The notes: generated from the letters alone by a model not told the origin. Counted from the first letter of the stretch, positions 1 through 11,108 are shown. The stretch: 17,059 bases of DNA from Candidatus Krumholzibacteriia bacterium (GCA_041484665.1 JBGPIA010000034.1:1-17059); one strand, 5' to 3'. Made by a program: numbers and translations.

Positions 1-109
1 ACTCGTCCAGGAGTGCCCGCCGCTTCCGCTGCGTCTCGTCCAGCGCAGCGAGATTGCAGGACAAAAACGCTGCTCCGCCGGGAGCCGTCGAAGCATGGTC
101 TTCACGCAT
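1..109 (-). CDS. Partial (5' end) hypothetical protein, probable first gene cassette downstream of intI
   Basis: ATG at 109 preceded by GGAAGGAAG; translates MREDHASTAPGGAAFLSCNLAALDETQRKRRALLDE and stays open to the window edge; begins about 25 bp after a GTTAGCC core. Confidence 0.55.
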   Translation of the reverse strand, partial: MREDHASTAPGGAAFLSCNLAALDETQRKRRALLDE

Positions 110-134
110 TTCGCGCTTCCTTCCCGTGCTGTCT

Positions 135-165
135 GGCTAACAAGTAGTAGACAGCGAATCTATTT
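135..165 (-). other. Putative attI recombination site downstream of intI
   Basis: Minus strand reads TAGATTCGCTGTCTACTACTT-GTTAGCC: perfect GTTRRRY core in an AT-rich patch, no attC-type long hairpin, immediately before a new gene; imperfect direct repeats CCG(T/G)ATATCCCG at 188-199 and 277-288. Confidence 0.55.
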
Positions 166-373
166 CGCCTGAACGCGCGCAGCCCGGCCGTATATCCCGG
201 CGCCCCGCCAAAGCCTGGTAGGTCGCATCTTCCATCGCCACCCGGCCTTCGACCGGCCCAGCGGTAGAGCCCTTCGCCGGATATCCCGCACTGCGCCGCG
301 GTGTATCCGCCGCGGAATATCTCTCCCCACGTGCCGCTGGAACGCCAGGCCGCAGTCCCTCCCGGCGCACCGC

Positions 374-1561
374 TCACAGCCCGCCACCTTCATCCAGCGG
401 GCTGCGGACACCCCGGCCTCCCCGGTTCAGGACGTGGGTGTAGATCATGGTCGTGGCCACGTCACGGTGCCCCAGCAGCTCCTGGATCGTCCGGATATCG
501 TAGCCGCTTTCCAGCAGGTGGGTGGCGAACGAGTGGCGCAGCGTGTGGCAGCTCGCCGGCTTCGCCAGTCGCGCCTTGCGTGCGGCCTCCTTGACGGCGC
601 GCTGGAGCACCGACTCGTGCAAGTGGTGGCGGCGGCGCTGGCCGGAGTCCCGATCCAGGTAGAAACGCGTCGCTGGAAACACCCACTGCCAACCCCATTC
701 CCATGCTGCGCTCGGGTATTTCTTGGCCAGGGCGAGGGGGAGCTCCACGCTTCCTCGCCCTGCGGCGCGATCGCGGTCGTGCTGCTCCCGCACGTGATTC
801 AGGTGCGAGGCGAGCGGCGTCTTCAACCCCGCGGGCAGCATCGTGATGCGATCCTTGCTGCCCTTCCCATCCCTCACGATGATCTCCAGACGCGTCGGGT
901 CGACGTCCTTGACGCGCAGGCGGCAACACTCCAGCAGCCGCAGGCCGGCCCCGTACAGTAGGGACGCCATCAGCCCGGGTGTTCCGTCCATGCGGCCGAG
1001 TAGGGCGTGCACCTCGTGCCGATTCAGCACGACCGGCAACCGCACCGGCCGCTTTGCGCGCACCAGCCCGTCCAGCCATGGCAGCTCGACCTCAAGCACC
1101 TGCCGGTACAGGAACAACAGAGCGCTCAGCGCCTGGTTCTGCGTCGAGGCGCTCACCTTCCCGTCGGTGGCCAGGTGCGACAAGAAGGCTGTCACCTCGG
1201 CGGCACCCATCTGCGACGGGTGGCGCTTGCCGTGGAACAGCACGAACCGCCGGGTCCAGAAGACGTAGGCCTTCTCGGTGCGGCGGCTATAGTGGCGAGC
1301 GCGGGTTGCCCGACGGACGCTGTCGAGCAGGCGCGGGCGGGTGCCGGCGGCCGGAGCGATCGGGTCGGGCGGCGCCGGATGACGGGGGTCCTGGCGGGGC
1401 CCACCCGGCTCCCGCACGCGCAACGGCGCAACCGGGCTTGAGGCCGCGCGCGCACTCAAGCGATGCGGCAGCCGCCAGACTGCGGCGCCAGTCACGGTTG
1501 TAGCTAGGGTGGGCATTGCACCCACCAGTGACCCTTCTCGGAGCCTACTTGGAGCAGGCAC
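374..1561 (-). CDS. intI: Integron integrase (tyrosine recombinase)
   Basis: Catalytic motifs [31 protein letters not shown]; integron-specific insertion [31 protein letters not shown]-terminal [10 protein letters not shown]...[20 protein letters not shown] start at 1561 has GAGGAG 7 nt upstream, though a later start is possible. Confidence 0.97.
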   Translation of the reverse strand: MPAPSRLREGSLVGAMPTLATTVTGAAVWRLPHRLSARAASSPVAPLRVREPGGPRQDPRHPAPPDPIAPAAGTRPRLLDSVRRATRARHYSRRTEKAYVFWTRRFVLFHGKRHPSQMGAAEVTAFLSHLATDGKVSASTQNQALSALLFLYRQVLEVELPWLDGLVRAKRPVRLPVVLNRHEVHALLGRMDGTPGLMASLLYGAGLRLLECCRLRVKDVDPTRLEIIVRDGKGSKDRITMLPAGLKTPLASHLNHVREQHDRDRAAGRGSVELPLALAKKYPSAAWEWGWQWVFPATRFYLDRDSGQRRRHHLHESVLQRAVKEAARKARLAKPASCHTLRHSFATHLLESGYDIRTIQELLGHRDVATTMIYTHVLNRGGRGVRSPLDEGGGL

Positions 1562-1675
1562 GAGCTTACTCCTCGCACATCACCTCCGACAAGGGGGTGC
1601 GGCCCATCGTGTGGTAGCGGCCCTTCGCCAGCAAGCCCACCGTCCCCGTCCGGTCGGCCCCTCAGCCCACCCCCC

Positions 1676-5347
<3,672 letters not shown>

Positions 5348-5399
5348 GAAGGCCTCCGGGGGGCTGACCCCACGGTGCCGGAGAGGGCGCCCAGGCTAG

Positions 5400-5429
5400 A
5401 GTATAGCAGACAAACGACCGTAAGACAAA
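5400..5429 (-). promoter_or_regulatory. sigma70-like promoter of dnaE2 with overlapping direct repeat
   Basis: Minus strand TTGTCT-17 bp-TATACT with extended TG; TTTGTCT occurs twice (plus AGACAAA at 5408-5414 and 5423-5429). Confidence 0.7.
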
Positions 5430-5624
5430 TGTCCCCGATCGTCGCGGTGCGGGTCAGTTGCTGCGACCCCTATGCGATTCTGACCATCGAAATGCTCATA
5501 TTGGCAGAGTCACGCCGGCAGCATCGCTGCGTGCCTCCCTGCCCAGGGAAGAAATCCGGGCTCGAACTGACTCACCACGCGATCGTCGTGGGACAGAATG
5601 CGGCGGAGCGGTCGGTCAGTGGAG

Positions 5625-5669
5625 GGGCGACACGGGCAACACGGGCAACACGGGCGACGCGGGTGGCAC
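5625..5669. repeat. 9-bp tandem repeat x5
   Basis: GGGCGACAC GGGCAACAC GGGCAACAC GGGCGACGC GGGTGGCAC. Confidence 0.8.
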
Positions 5670-5679
5670 GGGACGACAA

Positions 5680-5768
5680 GCGATCAGATCGCGCGTAAGC
5701 TGCGGCGCGCTGAAGAAAGAATTGTTCCCTACTCTACGCGCGCCGTCAGCTTCAAGCGCTTGTCAGGC
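5680..5768 (-). other. attC site, minus orientation, R' end degenerate
   Basis: Minus strand GCCTGAC AAGCGCTT[G]AAGCTG[A]CGGCGCGC...GCGCGCCGCAGCTTACGCGCGATC; two extrahelical bases on the R''-proximal arm define minus polarity. Confidence 0.8.
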
Positions 5769-5835
5769 GGCTTTCGCAGATCGATGTGTGGCAGGGCGCG
5801 GTCTCAGGAGCATGAGCTCACAAATCGAGGTTCGC

Positions 5836-6438
5836 ATGGCCAACTCAGCAGGGATCGTCCTCTTCGGGCTCACCCTGTGCGTTCTTCTGTCTGGGCCGGC
5901 TGGAGCACAGGAGACAGCCGGATCCCCCTCGCGAGGGGATAGCACCGTCGTCTCCTCTGGGTGTGCGGAGGAACGAATTCCTGGCATCAAGTCGGGCACG
6001 ACAGCGCTCTTGTGGTCGCTCCTCGGCACGGTTGTGCCCGCAGTAGCGGGCGGCCTCGAGGTATGGGAGGGATCAAGTGATTCGAAAGTGCCAGGGATCG
6101 TGTTCGTTGGAGCCTTGGTCATTGGTCCATCGTTGGGTCACTTCTATGCGGCCCGCCCTGGCCGCGCTCTTGTTGGCGTCGGGATTCGAGCACTGGCCTC
6201 GGCTGGGATCGGGGCCGCCCTCTTGGAAACTTTGGGTGAGAGCCGGGAGCACAAGCTTGAGGTGCTAGGTAGTGTCAGCCTCGCTCTCGGGGGAGCGGTC
6301 TTGGCTTGGGACATCATAAGCGCCCCACACTCCGCCCGTGTTCACAACGACCAGGTACGTCAGGGTGGAATGGCCATTGGCATCACTCCGTCGATTGGTG
6401 CGGCCGGTCTTGGACTCCGCGCCGAGGTGTCCTTTTGA
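5836..6438 (+). CDS. Hypothetical exported/membrane protein (cassette gene)
   Basis: ATG 5836 with GAGG RBS; signal-peptide-like MANSAGIVLFGLTLCVLLSGPAGA-Q, several Gly-rich hydrophobic helices, terminal F; followed by attC. Confidence 0.75.
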   Translation: MANSAGIVLFGLTLCVLLSGPAGAQETAGSPSRGDSTVVSSGCAEERIPGIKSGTTALLWSLLGTVVPAVAGGLEVWEGSSDSKVPGIVFVGALVIGPSLGHFYAARPGRALVGVGIRALASAGIGAALLETLGESREHKLEVLGSVSLALGGAVLAWDIISAPHSARVHNDQVRQGGMAIGITPSIGAAGLGLRAEVSF

Positions 6439-6467
6439 GGACCCGCGTAGGTGGGCGGGACTCGACG

Positions 6468-6527
6468 GCCTGACAACAGCATGCAGCGGCCGACGCCTCG
6501 CGCCGCCGCTGATGCCGAGCGTCAGGC
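6468..6527 (+). other. attC site (60 bp) with GAC/GTC core
   Basis: R'' GCCTGAC, L'' GCAT[G]CAGCGG, L' CCGCTGATGC, R' GTCAGGC. Confidence 0.85.
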
Positions 6528-6550
6528 TGCTCCCGCCGTTGATAGCTGCG

Positions 6551-6877
6551 TCAACGCGGCTGGAAGTTCTCGACGAAGACGTACACCGTGATCGTGGCTA
6601 GTAGAAGGCAGCTGGCGCTCAGAGCCATGAGATTCAGGACAGCACCGCGCAGCCGGAGAGACACGGTGCCGACCAGGGTGCCTTCCTCGTGACCGAAGCG
6701 GACCCGCAAAACCGGAAGCGCATTCAATGCGAAGGCCGCGAGAAGACCGCCCATCACGAGCGCCGGATTTACCAGGGCGTCCGGCCGTTCGAAGCCAAGC
6801 AAACCGGACGATACGAGAACGAGCGCGGGAAGAAGCAGGACAAAACCCACACCTGCCACGCTCACGTTTCTGACCAT
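6551..6877 (-). CDS. Hypothetical small membrane protein (inverted relative to array)
   Basis: 108 aa, about 3 hydrophobic helices, GGAGG RBS and its own promoter. Confidence 0.8.
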   Translation of the reverse strand: MVRNVSVAGVGFVLLLPALVLVSSGLLGFERPDALVNPALVMGGLLAAFALNALPVLRVRFGHEEGTLVGTVSLRLRGAVLNLMALSASCLLLATITVYVFVENFQPR

Positions 6878-6927
6878 AGGACCTCCGCAGCAGTGAATGA
6901 GGGCGGTCGGGGTGGAAAGTACTTTGT

Positions 6928-6956
6928 ATAGTAAAGCTAGTTCTGCCGCCCGTCAA
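6928..6956 (-). promoter_or_regulatory. sigma70-like promoter for 6877 gene
   Basis: Minus strand TTGACG-17 bp-TACTAT; palindrome AAAGTACTTT at 6916-6925 just downstream. Confidence 0.7.
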
Positions 6957-6987
6957 GGGGGCCGGGGCACGGCCCTCGATCGCAGCC

Positions 6988-7016
6988 TTGACGTTTTAGC
7001 GCTATGACGCTACCAT
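6988..7016 (+). promoter_or_regulatory. sigma70-like promoter of TA operon (probably leaderless)
   Basis: TTGACG-17 bp-TACCAT, ATG 6 nt after the -10 box; palindrome TAGCGCTA at 6997-7004 in the spacer. Confidence 0.75.
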
Positions 7017-7022
7017 TTCCGC

Positions 7023-7253
7023 ATGGGCACTGCAAGGCGAGCCACCATCTACCTGGATCCAGATCTCCATCGCGCTCTCCGGGTGAAGGCCGCGGAGACG
7101 GACAAGAGCATTTCGGATCTCGTGAACGACGCAGTCCGCCAGACCCTGGCTGAGGACGACGAAGACCTGACCGCATATCGGACACGTGCCAAGGAGCCAA
7201 GCCTCGACTTCGAGAAAGTCCTGAAGGACCTGCGACGTCGTGGCAAGCTATAG
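7023..7253 (+). CDS. Antitoxin, CopG/ribbon-helix-helix family
   Basis: RATIYLDPDLHRALRVKAAETDKSISDLVNDAVR is an RHH pattern, with an acidic AEDDEDL segment; overlaps the toxin start. Confidence 0.88.
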   Translation: MGTARRATIYLDPDLHRALRVKAAETDKSISDLVNDAVRQTLAEDDEDLTAYRTRAKEPSLDFEKVLKDLRRRGKL

Positions 7254-7497
7254 GCTGCTGATCAAGCCATCGGCCGTCCAGGAACTCGAGGCCCTTCCTC
7301 GAAAGGACCGTCGACGCGGGGTCACCCGCATGCGGGAACTCGCGGATCAGCCGAGACCACCCGACTCCCAGAAACTGAGCGGCCACGAACTCTATAGGGT
7401 GCGCCAAGGCAACTACCGAATCCTCTACGAGATCGTCGATCACGATGGCACCGTCACGGTCATCAAGATCGGTCACCGGCGAGACGTGTACCGCTGA
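7240..7497 (+). CDS. relE: Type II toxin, RelE/ParE (RelE/StbE) family
   Basis: SYRLLIKPSAVQELEALP...PRPPDSQKLSG..LYRVRQGNYRILYEI...VIKIGHRRDVYR. Confidence 0.92.
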   Translation: MASYRLLIKPSAVQELEALPRKDRRRGVTRMRELADQPRPPDSQKLSGHELYRVRQGNYRILYEIVDHDGTVTVIKIGHRRDVYR

Positions 7498-7597
7498 TTC
7501 GGTCCGCCAAATACCGGATTCACCGCTTGCCAGCGCAGCCTACACTCGTCAGGGCTGAGGCGGTTCCCTCCGCTGACCGCGCCCAGGAGGTGAGCGT

Positions 7598-8302
7598 GTG
7601 GGGTCGTGGACGCCCGCGGACCGGCGGGCCGGGGTCGGGTCGGCCCTGAGCGCGGTGCTCATCGCCGTCGCGTACATCGCCACGGGCGCCGTCTGACTCA
7701 TGGCGGGCAGCTCCCGTTTGCCGGAACGGTTGGCACCGACGGACCCCTACCTGGCGATTCTCGAGACACTCCTCGTCCTGTTGGCTCCGGTGATGATCGT
7801 CCTGATGGTAAGCGTGCACGCCTACGTGCCGCGCGGCCAGCGGGCGTTCACGCGCGTGGCGCTCGCGCTCACGACGGTTGCCGCCGGACTGACGTGCAGC
7901 ATCCACTTCATGCAGCTGACCGCTGTGCGCCGCCTGGCGGCTCAGGGAGCTCCCGGACTCGCGCCGGTCCAGTTCTACCCCTGGCCCTCGCCGGTGTTCG
8001 CGCTGGATCTGCTGGTCTGGGATCTTTTTCTGGGACTGGCCTTGCTGTTCGCGGCTCCGGCGTTCCGGGGCGACCGGTTGCACGACGTGGTCCGTGTCGG
8101 GATGCGGCTCAGCGGGGGACTCTGCGTGGCGGGCCTCCTGGGCCCAGCGCTCGGGGACCTTCGGCTCCAATACCTCGGGATCCTGGGCCACGCCGGCGGG
8201 TTTCCAGCGGTCTGTGCCCTGCTGGGAATCCTGTTCCGCAAGTCGAGGGCGGCGCCTGACCCAGCGCTGCAGCCAACCGTGGCCCATCAGATGAAGCCGT
8301 AG
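7598..8302 (+). pseudogene. Multi-pass membrane protein interrupted by in-frame TGA at 7694-7696
   Basis: AGGAGG (7585-7590) 7 nt before GTG 7598; frame MGSWTPADRRAGVGSALSAVLIAVAYIATGAV*LMAGSSRL... continues into ORF 7700-8302. Confidence 0.7.
8254..8280 (+). other. attC left half (remnant), GAC core
   Basis: GCCTGAC CCAGCGCTGCAGCCAACCG matches the R''-spacer-L'' pattern; no matching right arm seen. Confidence 0.6.
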
Positions 8303-8742
8303 TCGCCTAAGATTTAGTTGTAGCTAGACTGTGTCAAGTCGCAGCTCCCCCCAATGAATGCTTGGCCATCACCCAGAGCTCTTGCACTGTCCAATGACCA
8401 ACGGCTACGCTTCGCGCGTCAATCCCCCTGAGCATCCATCGTCGTGGTTGCGAGCTCTTTCCTTACGGGCGACGCGCAGAGCCCGCGCGCACCGAACCGG
8501 AAGCCCCGGCGCGGTTGACACCCAGCAACGCGCCGCTCGCCACCAACGCCCCCGGTCCCCATCGATGGCACCTCTGTGGGGAGCCGCCTCGCCGTACGTG
8601 GGCCCCGATCGCGCTACGAGCATGGTGCCGCTTGGGATCCTGCCTTCGTTGGGTGTCAGGCGTGGCGACGGAGGTCTCACTTAGGCAGTGTATCAGCCGT
8701 CGGATACCGGCTTGCGCAACCGGACAACCCGAGGAGAGAACG

Positions 8743-9432
8743 ATGGTTTCATCCCAGCGAAGGACCTGTTGGAGCACGACGCTGAAGGCCACCATCGGTC
8801 TGCTGTTGTCCCTCGGCCTTCTGGGGGGCGCTGTAGGACACCCGCGCGCGAACCTGCTTCTCAATGGAAGCTTCGAGGACGGGCCATCTCTGGGAACCGC
8901 CCCCTTTATTGATCTGCCTGCGGGCGCTACTGCAATCGTCGGCTGGACAGTCGGCGGATTCCACATCGATTACGCGGGTCCAGGAACCTGGACCATCTCG
9001 GACGGCGTCCGCAGTGTCGATCTGGATGGAAGTGCAGGTCTCCCCGTAAACGGTGCCATCGCGCAAACGTTTGTGACGACGCCGGGACAACACTATCGCG
9101 TCACCTTCGATCTGTCGGGCAATAGCGCCGGACTGCCGCTCCTCAAGCAAGTGGAGGTCACTGCGGGCGCAGAGTCGCAGGTCTTTACGTACGACATCGG
9201 CGCTGTAGTACCTCCCGTCATTCCGCTTACGCTCACTTACATCCCGCAAACGTTGCACTTCACGGCGACTGGCAGCTCGACCACTCTCGTCTTCACGAGT
9301 CTCACCTTCCAAATGGGCGACTCAGGTTTCGGCCCGATCATCGATAACGTCGAGGCCGTCGAGGAGGTGCCGATTGCAGGCGAATCCGTTACTTGGAGTG
9401 CGATCAAGCGGCTGTGGCCAGTGCCGAGGTAG
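8743..9432 (+). CDS. Secreted DUF642 / choice-of-anchor C-like protein
   Basis: GAGGAG RBS, signal peptide, NLLLNGSFE, GWTV, SDGVRSVDLDG, IAQTFVTTPGQHYRVTFDLSGN, FTATGSSTTLVF, GPIIDNV; C-terminal SVTWSAIKRLW. Confidence 0.8.
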   Translation: MVSSQRRTCWSTTLKATIGLLLSLGLLGGAVGHPRANLLLNGSFEDGPSLGTAPFIDLPAGATAIVGWTVGGFHIDYAGPGTWTISDGVRSVDLDGSAGLPVNGAIAQTFVTTPGQHYRVTFDLSGNSAGLPLLKQVEVTAGAESQVFTYDIGAVVPPVIPLTLTYIPQTLHFTATGSSTTLVFTSLTFQMGDSGFGPIIDNVEAVEEVPIAGESVTWSAIKRLWPVPR

Positions 9433-9529
9433 AACCGGTTTGCATCTGCGTGGAGCCGGCGGTCCCGGTCTGCCAGGGGCCGCCCAGGGCACGGCCGGTG
9501 AGCGTCTAGTCGCGCGTTTTCTGCGAACG

Positions 9530-10060
9530 TTGGGTGGGCGATGGCATCTGCTCGGCGTTTTGTTGCTTGCGGCCTGCGCGCCGCTCTCTCCGCGGTACGC
9601 CCGCGCGCAGGAGGCACCCGATGGCCCGAAGCGGATCTTCCAGGATGAGTTCATCGACCGCTTGGCCGGGGACTGGAAGCTGACCCGCAAGATCCGCGGC
9701 ACGCAGGTCGAGAATACGGTCAAGGCCGAGTGGGTGCTCAATCACCAGTTCCTGCAACTGCATATGAAGGACGTGGCCGTCCCGCCGGCGTACGAGGCGC
9801 TGATCCTGATCGGATATAGCCACGCCGACCAGCAGTACGTCGCCCCCTGGTGCGACACCTATGGTGGCAGGATCTCGGCGGACGGGTATGGCAAGCGGTC
9901 GGGGGATACGATCGAGTTCGAGTTCCACCACCCGGACGGCCCGTTCTTCAACACGTTCACCTAGGACGCGAAGGCCAACGGGTGGACCTTCCGGATGGAG
10001 AGCCAAGACAAGGATGGCAAGCGCGCACTCTTCGCCGAGGAGAGGATGCGCCGGCCGTAG
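9530..10060 (+). pseudogene. DUF1579-like exported protein interrupted by in-frame TAG at 9962-9964
   Basis: Frame ...DGPFFNTFT*DAKANGWTFRMESQDKDGKRALFAEERMRRP* continues in protein-like sequence past the stop; start uncertain (TTG 9530); family call from memory of LAGDW..., WVLNHQFL, W.DTYGG patterns. Confidence 0.65.
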
Positions 10061-10112
10061 CCCGCACCGCGCGGACCCGTGAACTCAAACTGGAAGATCC
10101 GGCTGGGTTAGC

Positions 10113-10874
10113 ATGGCAAGCTCGCGCGAAGCCTACACGCCGGGCTATTCCGAGCCTACTCTTCGACTGATGCGCAAGCGCACCGCTGCTAAGCACGCGG
10201 CGTTCTTCACACCTGTCTTGCATCGCGGGATGCGCTTGCTGGACTGTGGCTGTGGTCCCGGAACCATCACCATGGACTTGGCGAAGCTGGTCTCGCCGGG
10301 ACAGGTAGTTCGAATCGACCTTGAAGCCACCCAAGCCCGTTCCGCTGCGCATCTTGCGAAACAGCAACACATCAATGCAGGTCTTGGAGTGGCGAGTACA
10401 TACGCCCTCCCGTTTTCTGATGGACAGTTCGATGCCGTTTTCGCCCATGCCCTGGTCGAACACCTGCGGGAACCCGCCAAGGCGCTCCTGGAGATGAAGC
10501 GTGTCTTGAAACCCTCGGGTGTGGTGGGTATAAGAAGTCCCGAGTGGGCCGGCCGATTGATCTACCCCCCAAGCCCACTCCTTGACCAAGCGATTCATTC
10601 GTTCGAAGAAATGCAGATAGCGAACGGAGGCAACCCGCATGTAGGAAGAGCCTTCACGCGGCTCCTACGGGAATCAGGATTCTCCAGGATCTCGATTTCG
10701 GCATCGTATGAGATCTACGACGATCCGGCTTTCTTCGCGGAGTGGCTCGCCGGTTATCTCGAGTCGAGGGGCCATACTGAGCTCAGGAACAGCGCCCAAG
10801 AGGTGCGCGCCTGGAGCGAGCACCCCGATGTCGTCCTCGCGCTCGCTTGGTTTAAAGGACTTGGAGCCGCCTAG
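10113..10874 (+). CDS. Class I SAM-dependent methyltransferase (UbiE-like)
   Basis: LLDCGCGPGTIT motif I, LPFSDGQFDAVFAHALVEHL, EMKRVLKPSG. Confidence 0.92.
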   Translation: MASSREAYTPGYSEPTLRLMRKRTAAKHAAFFTPVLHRGMRLLDCGCGPGTITMDLAKLVSPGQVVRIDLEATQARSAAHLAKQQHINAGLGVASTYALPFSDGQFDAVFAHALVEHLREPAKALLEMKRVLKPSGVVGIRSPEWAGRLIYPPSPLLDQAIHSFEEMQIANGGNPHVGRAFTRLLRESGFSRISISASYEIYDDPAFFAEWLAGYLESRGHTELRNSAQEVRAWSEHPDVVLALAWFKGLGAA

Positions 10875-10906
10875 CTTGGCCCGGCTGAACCCCCGAATGA
10901 ACGGCG

Positions 10907-10929
10907 ATCGCGAGCTTCGCGATGTTTTT
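10907..10929 (+). terminator. Possible intrinsic terminator
   Basis: ATCGCGA-GCT-TCGCGAT followed by GTTTTT, 32 bp after the stop. Confidence 0.35.
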
Positions 10930-10958
10930 CGTTGCGGGCAGGGTGGCGCCCTGCATTC

Positions 10959-11015
10959 TGTGCCCTAACATGCGCGCGGTGGCCTAGGATGCGCGCTGTG
11001 GCCTAACATGCGTGT
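10959..11015 (+). repeat. 19-bp tandem repeat x3 carrying attC R'' boxes
   Basis: TGTGCCCTAACATGCGCGC / GGTGGCCTAGGATGCGCGC / TGTGGCCTAACATGCGTGT. Confidence 0.85.
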
Positions 11016-11094
11016 GCTGCGACCTCGCCGCCTCGCTTCGCTCGGCCGCTCGCGCTGCCCGCTCGGCTCGCCGCTGACGCGCCACCTGTTCGAC
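11001..11094 (+). other. attC site (94 bp), partly degenerate
   Basis: R'' GCCTAAC, internal CTCGCTTCGCTCG, L' CCGCTGACGCGC, R' GTTCGAC 14 bp before the next ATG. Confidence 0.7.
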
Positions 11095-11108
11095 CGCTGG
11101 AGCACTTT

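Noticed and set aside
1562..1675. Canonical LexA box upstream of intI
   Set aside because: No CTGT-N8-ACAG, GAAC-N4-GTTC or GTTC-N7-GTTC seen; only a weak TTGCTG-17-CACGAT promoter candidate
5458..5835. N-terminal extension of the 5458-6438 ORF
   Set aside because: Runs through a 9-bp minisatellite and an attC; signal peptide and RBS point to ATG 5836
9433..9535. attC between the DUF642-like and DUF1579-like genes (GTTGGGT at 9529-9535)
   Set aside because: R'-like box present but no convincing R'' or paired L arms
7694..9964. Stop-codon recoding (Sec/Pyl or alternative code) to explain the in-frame TGA and TAG
   Set aside because: Two different stops are involved and both terminate neighbouring intact genes; simple nonsense mutation is more parsimonious
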